From assembly GCA_963771465.1 (NCBI GenBank), contig CAVYTU010000017.1, forward strand, positions 576,001 to 640,000: DNA of 64,000 nt. The letters run 5' to 3'. How positions within the stretch are numbered: the stretch's first letter is position 1; the number at the start of each line of letters is the position of its first letter. The notes below the pieces were generated by a model. It did not search any database. It saw only the letters and a program-made list of their open reading frames with translations, and was not told the DNA's origin. This stretch comes from an uncultured delta proteobacterium (GTDB lineage: Bacteria; Desulfobacterota; Binatia; UBA9968). This document shows, piece by piece, positions 9,894-19,292 of the stretch. A program made the position numbers and the translations under genes.

Positions 9894-11213
9894 GTGAGTT
9901 CTTTGATCCCAGTTCGGATTGCTTACGCCGCGCTCGGTAGCGGCAGCGCGCCGGTCTGGTGCGCAAAAGAGGCTGGCATTTTTGCTGACGAAGGACTGGA
10001 TGCTCAAGTGTTGCTCGTTCGTGGCAGCGGCCGGGTTGCCGAAGCGTTGCTCAAAAATGAAATTCAATTCGCCAACATCGCCGCGCCACTGGTGGTCGCG
10101 GCTAACCTCAAGGGCGGCGATTTGGTTTACTTGACCGGCGGCGTCAACTGGCTGATACAATCGATCATCGCCCGGCCGGAAATCCGTACGCCGGCGGAAT
10201 TGCGCGGCCATACTTTCGGCGTGAGCCATGCCGGCGGCGTCGATAATTTTCTCGTTGATTATTTGCTCAAGCCGCATGGCGTGATCAGTGCTGACTTGAA
10301 GCACCTATCGATCGATAACCAGCCCGATGCGATCGCCAAGATGGATCGCGGTGAAATCGACGCAGCGCTGTTCAGTCCGCCCTATTCATTCGAAGCGGCA
10401 AAACATGGGCACCGAGTTTTGATCGACTCAGGCGATTATTGGATCGACTATCAGCTCGGCGGGATCGTCGCCCGGCGGTCGTATGTCGAGCAGCATCAGC
10501 ATGTGGCCCGCAAGGTGGTGCGCGCCTATGTGCGCGGGATTAATCGCTACAAGACGGATATCCAACTGGCGCTCGGTGTGTTTAAAAAATATAGCTTGAT
10601 TGAAGATGACAGCGTGGCGCGCCAGTGTTACCACGCCGCGAAGCGCTATTTTCAACAAAAGCCTTATCCGAGTGTGCCGGGGTTGCATCGAGTATTGGCC
10701 GAAGCGGACAAAGTCGACCCCACCGCCGGGCGCTTGCGTGTCGAAGATATGATGGACTGCCGTTGGCTCGCCGAACTGGATAATAGTGGTTTTATCGCTG
10801 AGGTCTATTCGTCCCCAGCCACGGGATTGGGAGGAAACGTGTTGGACATATTACGGGGAGCGCTCGAATCAGCGGGTCAGACTAAACGGGGGCAGTTGGC
10901 TCTCAATGGGCATGACGAGGATTTCCAGGTTGAGATCGACGGTCAGGCGCCGATTCACGTGGAGATTCGCGGCGGCAAACTGGCGGTGCGCGCCGGGCCG
11001 TCGCCGCGCCAAGAGCCGCTGCGCTTCACACGGGTCCAGCTCGATGGGGCAACTCTGCAAGCGATCGTCGGTGGCCAATTGAGTCCGGTGGCGGCGATGG
11101 AGCAGGGAAAGTTATATCTGCGGACGCGCCTGTACGGCGGTGCGCTGATTACCATTCTGTTACGCGCGGCATACGATCTCGCTCGGGATCGGCGTCTGGG
11201 CGCGGAGGAGTAG
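9894..11213 (+). CDS. NMT1/SsuA-type binding-fold protein without signal peptide, fused in frame to an SCP2-like C-terminal domain
   Basis: VRIAY..G.G.APVWCAKEAGIF..EGLD; ELRGHTFGVS; GEIDAA; WLAELDNSGFI. Then ~125 aa with FQVEIDG..IHVEIRGGKL and LDGATLQAIVGGQLSPVAAMEQGKL (SCP2-like). Confidence 0.75.
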   Translation: MSSLIPVRIAYAALGSGSAPVWCAKEAGIFADEGLDAQVLLVRGSGRVAEALLKNEIQFANIAAPLVVAANLKGGDLVYLTGGVNWLIQSIIARPEIRTPAELRGHTFGVSHAGGVDNFLVDYLLKPHGVISADLKHLSIDNQPDAIAKMDRGEIDAALFSPPYSFEAAKHGHRVLIDSGDYWIDYQLGGIVARRSYVEQHQHVARKVVRAYVRGINRYKTDIQLALGVFKKYSLIEDDSVARQCYHAAKRYFQQKPYPSVPGLHRVLAEADKVDPTAGRLRVEDMMDCRWLAELDNSGFIAEVYSSPATGLGGNVLDILRGALESAGQTKRGQLALNGHDEDFQVEIDGQAPIHVEIRGGKLAVRAGPSPRQEPLRFTRVQLDGATLQAIVGGQLSPVAAMEQGKLYLRTRLYGGALITILLRAAYDLARDRRLGAEE

Positions 11214-11216
11214 GTC

Positions 11217-12410
11217 ATGATCGATTTCAAATTGATCTCTGTCGACGATCACGTCAACGAGCACCCGGCGGCTTGGGAAAGAGCGCAGCGGGAATTTGGC
11301 GAGCGCGCGCCGCATGTTATTGAAAACCCGCCGGAGCTCGGCAAAGGACTTTGGATTATTGCCGAAGGGCTGCCACCCGTGCGCTCAGCTTACTTCGCCC
11401 TCGGCCACGTGGTGAAAAAACCTGAAGGTATTTCTCAAATGACCGTGATGGAAGACCATGAAAAGTTTCGCAAACAGATCGTCGACTTCAACGAAAACTT
11501 TCGCTATCAGGACTGGCCGGCTGGATGGGAGCCCTCGGCCCGCTTGAAAGACATGGACCGCGACGGCGTGGAAGCTGCCGTGTTTTTCTCGAGCCCAACG
11601 CGTTTCAATTACAGTAATAACGACGCGAAGTTTCAGCGTGCCATCTTTCGTTCTTACAATGCTTGGCTTTTGGACTTCTGCAATTACAACCGCAAGCGCT
11701 TGATTCCGATGCCGCTGATTTCAATTCTGGATGTCGACCTCGCTGTGGCTGACATGAAAGAGTACGCCAAGGCCGGCTGCCATGCCGTGCAATTGCCGTC
11801 GACGATCGCCGGCAGCGGCTATTACGAGACGTGCTATGAGCCGCTCTGGCAAACCGCGCGGGAGCTCGGTCTCTTACTGGCGATCCATTCGGGCACCGGC
11901 CAAGGCCAAACGCGCAAGAAAGTCGGCGAGGCGAGAGCAGGCGATATCCGCGCACGAGTGATCGACATGAATCGGCCGCTGCCGGCGGTATCGTTCATCA
12001 GCAATTTGATTTTCTCCGGCGTGTTCGACCGTTATCCTGCTCTCAAAGTGATGTGCACGGAGTTCGACGCCTGCTGGGTTGCCGGCATGATCCAGCGGCT
12101 CGACTACCAGTTTGGCCGCGAGAGCACCTACGACGCCGAGTTGAACGTGAACAAGCTCAACCCGAGCGAATATGTCCGGCGCAATGTTTTTTTCAGCATC
12201 GGCGACGACCGCGCCGCGGTGCTCGGCACACCGCTATTCGGCGCGGATAATTTCATCTGGGGCGGCGACTATCCGCATCACGTCACCAGCTGGCCGTATT
12301 CGCGCGAGAATTTGGCGGCCAACTGTGAGGGATTCTCCGACTCACTGGCGCGCAAGCTGGGGCGCGAGAATGCGATTCGGATCTACAACTTGGATTTATC
12401 AATGGAGTGA
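11217..12410 (+). CDS. Amidohydrolase_2 family protein
   Basis: ISVDDHVNE; RLKDMDRDGVEAAV; YNAWL; LIFSGVFDRYPALK; WGGDYPH; ENAIRIYNL. Confidence 0.92.
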   Translation: MIDFKLISVDDHVNEHPAAWERAQREFGERAPHVIENPPELGKGLWIIAEGLPPVRSAYFALGHVVKKPEGISQMTVMEDHEKFRKQIVDFNENFRYQDWPAGWEPSARLKDMDRDGVEAAVFFSSPTRFNYSNNDAKFQRAIFRSYNAWLLDFCNYNRKRLIPMPLISILDVDLAVADMKEYAKAGCHAVQLPSTIAGSGYYETCYEPLWQTARELGLLLAIHSGTGQGQTRKKVGEARAGDIRARVIDMNRPLPAVSFISNLIFSGVFDRYPALKVMCTEFDACWVAGMIQRLDYQFGRESTYDAELNVNKLNPSEYVRRNVFFSIGDDRAAVLGTPLFGADNFIWGGDYPHHVTSWPYSRENLAANCEGFSDSLARKLGRENAIRIYNLDLSME

Positions 12411-13348
12411 GCGGCTTGAGTAACAGCGAATCTAGCAAAGTCTGCTTTTACACCACGCCTTCGCCTGACTACGCGGAGGAAATCGTTGCCGCGTTTGAAT
12501 CCAAGTATCCAGGGAACAAAGTCCGCTTCGATCACGATCATGCGGCGCGTTTTTTCACCCGCGTGCTGACGGAATTAAGTGAAGGGCGCTGTCCCGCCGA
12601 CGTCATGCTTCTCAATCGTCAGCAGGCCGAGGCTTTGAAACAGCGTGGCTTTCTCCAGCCCTATCGCTCGGCCGAAGCGCAATCTTTTCCCGAGCGCGCC
12701 CAGGACGCCGACGGTTTTGCCACGCAGGTTTTTATGGTGCCGTTTAGTTTGGCTTATCACAGCGAAAAGCTCGCGCGCGCTGAGGTGCCGACGACTTATG
12801 AAGCATTGCTCCATTCGCGCTGGAAAGATCAACTGCTTTTTCCCGATCCACGCTTGAGCGGTAGCGGCTCGGGCTGGTACGCGATTATGAAAGACGAGAT
12901 GGGCGAGGACTATTTGCGCCAACTGGCGGCGCAGAATCTGCTCTGCCGGCAGCACGCCGAAGATCGTCTCGCAGCGGGTGAGGGCACGATTCTAATTGCC
13001 GCGATGATCGACCGCATCGAAAAACTAAAACTCCAAGGCGCACCGGTGGATTGGCTTACCATGCCGGTCATGATGGTCGCCGGACCTCATGCGGTCTTGT
13101 TCCGCGCTGCGCCGCAGCCCGAAGCGGGGAAGCGGCTGATCGATTTCTTTCTGTCCGAGACCGGCCAGACGATCCTGAGCCGCTATCATATTCCCAACCG
13201 GCCGGGGATAAATATGCGCGATCCGATGTTTGCCGGGGAACTCGCGCGCCTTGACGGCTGCCGCTTGCTGACGTTTACGGCGGAGCATGGTCGAGATTAT
13301 GATATGAACCAGCGCCGCTGTGTCGAGCTATTTTGTCGGGACGGTTGA
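12407..13348 (+). CDS. Cluster D binding-fold protein lacking a signal peptide
   Basis: GTGA overlap with upstream stop; FYTT, PTTYEALL..RWK, LAAGEG, GAPVDW, APQPEAGKRLIDFFLSETGQ; no hydrophobic N-terminus. Confidence 0.8.
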   Translation: MSGLSNSESSKVCFYTTPSPDYAEEIVAAFESKYPGNKVRFDHDHAARFFTRVLTELSEGRCPADVMLLNRQQAEALKQRGFLQPYRSAEAQSFPERAQDADGFATQVFMVPFSLAYHSEKLARAEVPTTYEALLHSRWKDQLLFPDPRLSGSGSGWYAIMKDEMGEDYLRQLAAQNLLCRQHAEDRLAAGEGTILIAAMIDRIEKLKLQGAPVDWLTMPVMMVAGPHAVLFRAAPQPEAGKRLIDFFLSETGQTILSRYHIPNRPGINMRDPMFAGELARLDGCRLLTFTAEHGRDYDMNQRRCVELFCRDG

Positions 13349-13359
13349 GGATAAAAATT

Positions 13360-14409
13360 ATGGACGGAAAGTACGGCGCGATTGCCATCCAGACTCGCGT
13401 GAAGGAATGCTTCAATCGCCAGGACGTGATCGAGAATCTGGCACGGGCCTGTAAAGTGACCCATACTTCCGTGCGCCATCCTTACTTCGGCCATCATATT
13501 GAGAACCAACTCGTCGCTTTCGATACCCACGCGCATAACCACGGCTACACGGTCAAGGAGATGATTGACAAGATCGCGATCAGCATCCCCGGCGAGGAAA
13601 CTCGCCTGGTGAGCGATGCGGCCAAGCGAGACGGCGTCTACATCGTCACTTCGGCCTTGGAATACGACGACAATTTTGACGATGCTTTCTTTACCTGTTT
13701 TTTTATCGTCGATCCCAAGGGCGACGTCATCTACAAGTACCGTAAGATTCACACCCACCTGGGCACGGAAAAGACCCTGAGCCCGTACGATGCGATGGAC
13801 AAGTATTTTTCAATTTACGGCCAGGGCAAAACGCCGCTCCAAACGTTCTTTCCGGTCGCTGAAACTCCCATCGGTAACATTGGCACGCTGATCGCTCACG
13901 ATCGAATTTATCCCGAGGCTGCGCGCGCCATGGCGCTCAACGGTGCGGAGATTCTCATCCTTGGCCCGCAGCCTGAGCCGACCGTCGCCAATGGCCGTTG
14001 GGAGACCATGAATCGGGCGCGCTCGTTTGAAAATATGCTCTACGTGATGGCGGCCAACTACGGCGAATTCATTTCCGACGATCGCGTCGCCCAACGTTGG
14101 GCCGGCCACTCGATGATTGTCGATTTCAACGGGCAAATCATCGGCTCGTCGCCGTTTCCCGGCGAGGCGGTGTGCGCGGCATTGATCGACATCGAAGCGC
14201 TGCGCCAGCGCCGCGCCGACGCGCATGATTCGCCGCTCGCCGAGTTGCGCACGGACATTTATCGTGAGATCTACGCCGAGACCATTTACGGCAAGAACCG
14301 CTACGCGAGCTCAGTGCCGGGCGAGACGCGCGATGAGCGGCTCAGTTACTTTCCGGAAGTCTATGAAAAACTGGTGGCGCGCGGGGCTTATGTTAAGCCG
14401 AAGATTTAA
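13360..14409 (+). CDS. Nitrilase/carbon-nitrogen hydrolase superfamily protein, catalytic Cys replaced
   Basis: IVDPKGDVIYKYRKIH; VAETPIGNIGTLIAHDRIYPEAARAMALNGAEIL; RARSFENMLYV; GHSMIVDFNG. Confidence 0.85.
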   Translation: MDGKYGAIAIQTRVKECFNRQDVIENLARACKVTHTSVRHPYFGHHIENQLVAFDTHAHNHGYTVKEMIDKIAISIPGEETRLVSDAAKRDGVYIVTSALEYDDNFDDAFFTCFFIVDPKGDVIYKYRKIHTHLGTEKTLSPYDAMDKYFSIYGQGKTPLQTFFPVAETPIGNIGTLIAHDRIYPEAARAMALNGAEILILGPQPEPTVANGRWETMNRARSFENMLYVMAANYGEFISDDRVAQRWAGHSMIVDFNGQIIGSSPFPGEAVCAALIDIEALRQRRADAHDSPLAELRTDIYREIYAETIYGKNRYASSVPGETRDERLSYFPEVYEKLVARGAYVKPKI

Positions 14410-14424
14410 TTGACGAGGCGCAGG

Positions 14425-15552
14425 ATGAAAGTTATCCATTGGCACAAAGTTTTTTTATTATTCGCGTTATTCTCGTGCGCGGTCGATAACGCCTTTGGCG
14501 CAATGCCGTTGCCTAGCATCGATAAGGCTAAACAAGAGGCCGAGGCGCGCGGTTATGTATTTCTCGATAGCCACGAGAAGATCGTCGCCGCGGCGAAAAA
14601 AGAAGCCAAGATGCGCGCGCTCAGCGGTCTCGACGCAGATACGATCAAGGCGATGGTCGGCGCGTTCAGAAAAAAGTATCCCTTTCTCGACGTGCGGGTG
14701 GAAGAAATCGAAGGCACCGATGCCTATCAGCGCTTTATCTTGCAGATGCAAGCGGGTTCGGTCCGGGACTGGGACGCGACTTTCATCCCGATCGATTTCT
14801 ATAAGGACTATCAGCCGTTCCAGAAAAAAATTGATCTTCTCGGCATGGTTCGAAGCGGCATATTGAAAATCCATCCCGAAATGATTCATCCCGTCGACCG
14901 CAACGTGATCGGTAGTTCGAGCATCTTGCAGGTGGTGGCGTACAATCGAAAGCTGCTCGGCGATGCCAAGACGCCGGACAGCTGGGAAGATTTTCTCAAG
15001 CCGGAGTTTAAAGGAAAGAAATTTCTCGCCGACATTCGACCTTTCCCGTTGTTTTGTCTGGTGCCGCTTTGGGGATTGGAAAGGACACTGGAGTTCTCCA
15101 AGAAACTGGCGGCGCAGGAGCCGATTTGGGTGCGAGGCGCGACGCGTTTACTGACTTCCATTGTCGCCGGCGAGTATTCACTCTTCATGGGACCGAATTA
15201 CAATTCAGTCAGGCGCGCCGAGACCAGGGACAAGACCGCTACGTTGGGTTTGAAAGTCGTTGAGCCGGTGCCGACGCGGATCGCGCGCGCCGACGGTATT
15301 CTTAGCAACGCGGACAATCCGCACGCGGCGCTCTTGTGGTTGGAGTTCCACGCCTCCGCCGAAGCGCAGGAAATCATGGACAAAGTGTCGCCATATCAAG
15401 CATCGATCTTTCACCCCGGCTCGGCGACCGCGCGCGCCACGCAAGGAAAGAAACTGTCCGTCGTGGACTGGAGCCACTTTCAAAGAATTCGCGAGTACGA
15501 AGAAAAAATTATCGACGCCCTTGGTTTTCCGCGGGCGCAGTTCAAGGGCTGA
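14425..15552 (+). CDS. ABC substrate-binding protein, cluster D type
   Basis: Signal peptide; AAKKE; VAYNRK..PDSWEDFLKPEFKGK; VAGEY; NPHAALLWLEF. Confidence 0.88.
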   Translation: MKVIHWHKVFLLFALFSCAVDNAFGAMPLPSIDKAKQEAEARGYVFLDSHEKIVAAAKKEAKMRALSGLDADTIKAMVGAFRKKYPFLDVRVEEIEGTDAYQRFILQMQAGSVRDWDATFIPIDFYKDYQPFQKKIDLLGMVRSGILKIHPEMIHPVDRNVIGSSSILQVVAYNRKLLGDAKTPDSWEDFLKPEFKGKKFLADIRPFPLFCLVPLWGLERTLEFSKKLAAQEPIWVRGATRLLTSIVAGEYSLFMGPNYNSVRRAETRDKTATLGLKVVEPVPTRIARADGILSNADNPHAALLWLEFHASAEAQEIMDKVSPYQASIFHPGSATARATQGKKLSVVDWSHFQRIREYEEKIIDALGFPRAQFKG

Positions 15553-15633
15553 GCCGATTTGCTCGCGCAATGGCCTAGAGCAAAGAGGATAGCATTGTGG
15601 TTGTCCTTCCGAGATGGCGGTGAGGACTGTAGC

Positions 15634-16656
15634 ATGTTGAATACCACGCGGTGGCTCAGTGTGATTGTGTGCACTGGGCGCGCTTCTGATTGGCGCATCG
15701 CGCTTGGGCACAGCCTGTTCCGACCCGAAAATTATCGAAGCCGCGAAAAAGGAACGCGAGGTGCTCTGGTATACCACGACGAACCTGGAAACCAGCAAGG
15801 TTGTCGTCAGATCAGTTTCAGAGGAAATATCCGTTTATCAATTTGAGTCTCTATCGAACTACCGTCGGGCCGCTGATCAATCGGGTTTTGATCGAAGCGC
15901 GGGCGGGAAAGTTCGATTGGGATGTCGTGTCCGGCGGCGGCGAGATGTTCACGCCTTTGATGGATCGAGGTTTGATTGCGCCTTATCGCTCGCCGGAGTC
16001 GAAAATGATCGATGACGATCTGATGGACAAGCAAAACTACTGGACCGCGTATACCGTGGGGAGCTTTTGTGTTGGCCTACAACAAACGCTTGGTTCGGCC
16101 TCAAGATGTGCCGAAGACTTATGACGCGCTGCTCGATGCCAAGTGGAAAGGGCAAAAGATCGGCATGGAAACTTCTTCTGGGGTGATGCACGCGTTGATG
16201 CCGCTGTGGGGTAAAGAAAAGACCCTCGCCTATTTCCGCCAGTTGGCGGCGCAAAATCCGGTGACCAAAGATAGTAGTTCGATCATCGTGCAACTGCTCG
16301 TCGCCGGCGAGATGCCGCTCGGCATCGGCCTGGCGCACCTCTTCGAGCTGTTTAGCCGCAAAGGCGCGCCCATCGAGTGGCTGCCGCTCGAACCCGCGGT
16401 GGTGCGCGTGATACCGATGATGCTCGCGTCAAAAGCGCGTCATCCCAATGCGGCCAAGCTGCTCTACGATTTTCTCCTTGGTATCGAAGGGCAGCAGATT
16501 ATCAAATCGTTCAATCGTCCGACCGTGCGCCGAGACGTGCTGCCCGACCCGCCGCGGCTGATCCAGGGCTACAAGCGCGTGACCATGTATCCCGAGCTTT
16601 ATCGAAATCTTGACGAGACGCAGAAAGTGTTCAATGAAATGTTTGGGGTGCGGTGA
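15634..16656 (+). pseudogene. ABC substrate-binding protein, cluster D type, with at least 3 frameshifts (pseudogene or sequencing errors)
   Basis: One SBP spread over ORFs 15559 (MLNTTRWLSVIVC), 15665 (IIEAAKKEREVLWYTT), 15690 (FQRKYPFI...PYRSPE) and 16069 (LAYNKR...HPNAAKLLYDF); each junction is a +1 shift. Confidence 0.8.
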
Positions 16657-16769
16657 TCCGGTTTCGTGCTGAATATTTTCTTACAAAATACTTTGAGCGG
16701 CGGTAAACGCTGACGCGCGCCCGCTTTGATTATTTAACTTGACGACACGGAAGCATCGCTGGAGAACCT

Positions 16770-17984
16770 ATGGAGAAAACGAGCCGCAACGGGCCATTAG
16801 TTGGTTATCGGGTACTTGATTTGGCTGGGCCCGCCGGGCTGCATTGTACCAAACTCCTGGCTGACATGGGCGCCGACGTCATCAAGATCGAGCCGCCCTC
16901 GGGTGAGGAGTCGCGGCGAATACCGCCGTACAAAGACGATATTCCGCACCCAGAAACGAGCCTCTACTTTCTCCACTTCAATACCAATAAACGCGGTATC
17001 ACGCTGGATGTGGCGACCAGCGATGGCCGGGCCATCTTGCTCCAACTGGCCCGTAAGGCTGACGTTGTCATCGAAACCTATCCGATCGAGCAATCAGAAA
17101 GGCTCGGCTTGAGCTACGCGCAGTTGAGCGCCGTCAATGCCAGGCTTGTGGTCGCCTCGATCACGCCGTTCGGCCGATCCGGTCCATGGCGGAATTATAA
17201 AGCCGATGACATCGCCGGGATTGCGCTCGGTAATTTACTGTACATCGCGGGCGAACGGGGCAAAGCGCCGCTGCAACCCGCGGGAGAACTCGCTTACGGC
17301 ATGGCATCGACCTACGCCGCTTTTGGCATCGCGGTGGCGCTCTATCGCAGAGTGGCGAGCGGGCGCGGCCAGCATATCGACGTGTCGATGCACGAATGCG
17401 CCGCGCACATCGCCGGTTATTATATTCCCCATTTCAGCGCTAGCGGAGCGAAACCGGCGCGCGCCAAGCGCGTCAGCGCAGAAGAGGCGGATCTTGTCGA
17501 TCCCTTTGCCGTCAAAGATGGCTATGTGCGCTTCTTCCTCGTTAGCAGGGAACAATGGCGCCGCCTGGTAGAATGGATGGGAAGTCCGCCGGCGATTTCC
17601 GGCCCCGAATTCGAGAAGACGACTTATCGGCGCCAACACCCGGCCATCGTTCGGGCTGCGATCGCGGAATTTTGCCGTGGCTTTACCAAGCAGGAAATGT
17701 ACGAAGAAGGCCAAAGACGGCGCATCAGCGTCACGCCGATCAACACGGCCGGCGAGTTCATCGAGAGCGCCCAAACCAAGGCGCGGGAGCTTTTCGTCGA
17801 ACTGCATCACCCGGTGGTCGGCAAGTATTGTGAATTCGCCGGCGTGCCGCGGCTCACAGAGTGTCCCGGCGCGATCCACCGGCCGGCGCCGCTGCTCGGC
17901 GAGCACAACCGTGAAATCTATTGCGGCGAACTCGGCTTTGCCAGTGACGAATTGATCGCCTTGCGCGCCGCGGGAGTTATCTAG
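16770..17984 (+). CDS. Family III (CaiB/BaiF) CoA-transferase, BbsE-like subunit lacking the catalytic Asp
   Basis: PLVGYRVLDL; LADMGADVIKIEPP; FNTNKRGITLD; GRGQHIDVSM; APLLGEHN. The catalytic Asp position reads ELAYGMA. Confidence 0.88.
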   Translation: MEKTSRNGPLVGYRVLDLAGPAGLHCTKLLADMGADVIKIEPPSGEESRRIPPYKDDIPHPETSLYFLHFNTNKRGITLDVATSDGRAILLQLARKADVVIETYPIEQSERLGLSYAQLSAVNARLVVASITPFGRSGPWRNYKADDIAGIALGNLLYIAGERGKAPLQPAGELAYGMASTYAAFGIAVALYRRVASGRGQHIDVSMHECAAHIAGYYIPHFSASGAKPARAKRVSAEEADLVDPFAVKDGYVRFFLVSREQWRRLVEWMGSPPAISGPEFEKTTYRRQHPAIVRAAIAEFCRGFTKQEMYEEGQRRRISVTPINTAGEFIESAQTKARELFVELHHPVVGKYCEFAGVPRLTECPGAIHRPAPLLGEHNREIYCGELGFASDELIALRAAGVI

Positions 17985-19193
17985 ATGGAAAATCTTCCCT
18001 TGCAAGGTATACGCGTCGTCGAGTTGACCACTGGCGCCGCGGGACCGACGGTGGGCCGTGTGCTGTGCGAGTTCGGCGCCGAAGTGATCCGTTGTGAGAC
18101 GCGCCTTAGGGGTGACGGCCATCGCGGCGAAGATCCCAAACTGTGGAACAAGAAGCCGGACTTCATGAAACTCCAGCGCGGCAAGAAATCCTTCACCGTG
18201 AATATGCAAACCGCAAAAGGGCGCGATCTGGTGAAGCAATTGGTGCGCAAGTCCGATGTGCTCATCGAAAATTTCGGCCTCGGTATCTTGGAAAAATGGG
18301 GACTCGATTATCCTCAGCTCCAGGAGATCAATCCGGCGTGCATTCTGGTGCGCGTCAAAGGCATGGGTTGCACCGGCCCGCACGCCACCGACCTGACCTA
18401 TGGCCCGAATGTGATCAACAACATGGGCGCGACTTATTTGTGGAATTATCTCGGCGCGACCACCGCGACCGCAGAGCCGCGCACACAGCATCCGGATTTC
18501 ATGGGCGGCGTTGTCGGCGCGTTCGGCGTCGTGGCGGCTTTGTTGCAGCGCACGCTCACCGGCCGCGGCGAGATGATCGATAACGCGCAATTGGAAATCG
18601 GCGCCTCGCTCCTCGGGCCCAAATATATGGAATACTCGGTCAACCAGCGCGACCCGAAACCCGAAGGGAATCGCAGCTTGATCGCCGCGCCCTACGGGCC
18701 GTATCAATGCAAAGGCGAAGACCGTTGGTGCGTGATCTCGATCTATACTCAAGCCGAATGGGAGAGTTTCACCGCTTTGGTGGAAAAGTCCGGAGCCAAG
18801 GCCAACGCCAAGTTCGCCACCCACTTAGGCCGGGTGCGTTACCGGGAGGAATTGGAACGGTGGGTAACCGGTTGGACTCTGCAACGTGACGCGTACGAAG
18901 TCATGGAGAGCTTACAGAGCGTCGGCGTATGCGCCGCGGTGGTGCAAGACGTGGAAGATCAATTCAAACGCGACCGGCAATACGCCGCCACCGGATTCTT
19001 AGTCGAACTGACCGAGCCTGAAGCCGGCAATATCGCCACTGAAAATGTCCCCATGCGTCTTTCCGAAAGCCCCGGCAAGGTGCGCGGCCTCGCGCCGTTG
19101 ATGGGTCAGCACACCCATGAGATCGCCAGAGAGCTGTTGGGTTTGAATGATGAGGAAATTACCCAGCTGGAAGAGGAAAAAGTTCTGTACTAA
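17985..19193 (+). CDS. Family III CoA-transferase, BbsF-like catalytic subunit
   Basis: PLQGIRVVEL; QRGKKS; SDVLIENF; QHPDFMGG (Asp present); APLMGQHT; TAG-ATG abutting upstream gene. Confidence 0.9.
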   Translation: MENLPLQGIRVVELTTGAAGPTVGRVLCEFGAEVIRCETRLRGDGHRGEDPKLWNKKPDFMKLQRGKKSFTVNMQTAKGRDLVKQLVRKSDVLIENFGLGILEKWGLDYPQLQEINPACILVRVKGMGCTGPHATDLTYGPNVINNMGATYLWNYLGATTATAEPRTQHPDFMGGVVGAFGVVAALLQRTLTGRGEMIDNAQLEIGASLLGPKYMEYSVNQRDPKPEGNRSLIAAPYGPYQCKGEDRWCVISIYTQAEWESFTALVEKSGAKANAKFATHLGRVRYREELERWVTGWTLQRDAYEVMESLQSVGVCAAVVQDVEDQFKRDRQYAATGFLVELTEPEAGNIATENVPMRLSESPGKVRGLAPLMGQHTHEIARELLGLNDEEITQLEEEKVLY

Positions 19194-19292
19194 GCAGCTT
19201 GCGATTCTCGGGGACCGATTGCTCCTGCCAGAAGAAGTCTCGATGGAGCGTTTCCCGACGAACCGTAGGCGTTGCTCGTGGATTTTGACAGC

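Noticed and set aside
15634-16656. Programmed frameshifting in the broken genes
   Set aside because: No consistent slippery heptamers or stimulatory structures; unrelated gene families affected; pattern fits sequencing error.
17235-18824. 529-aa antisense ORF (also 51076-52101, 52224-53249, 30518-31354, 60694-61545)
   Set aside because: Shadow ORFs opposite well-supported genes in GC-rich DNA; no family motifs.
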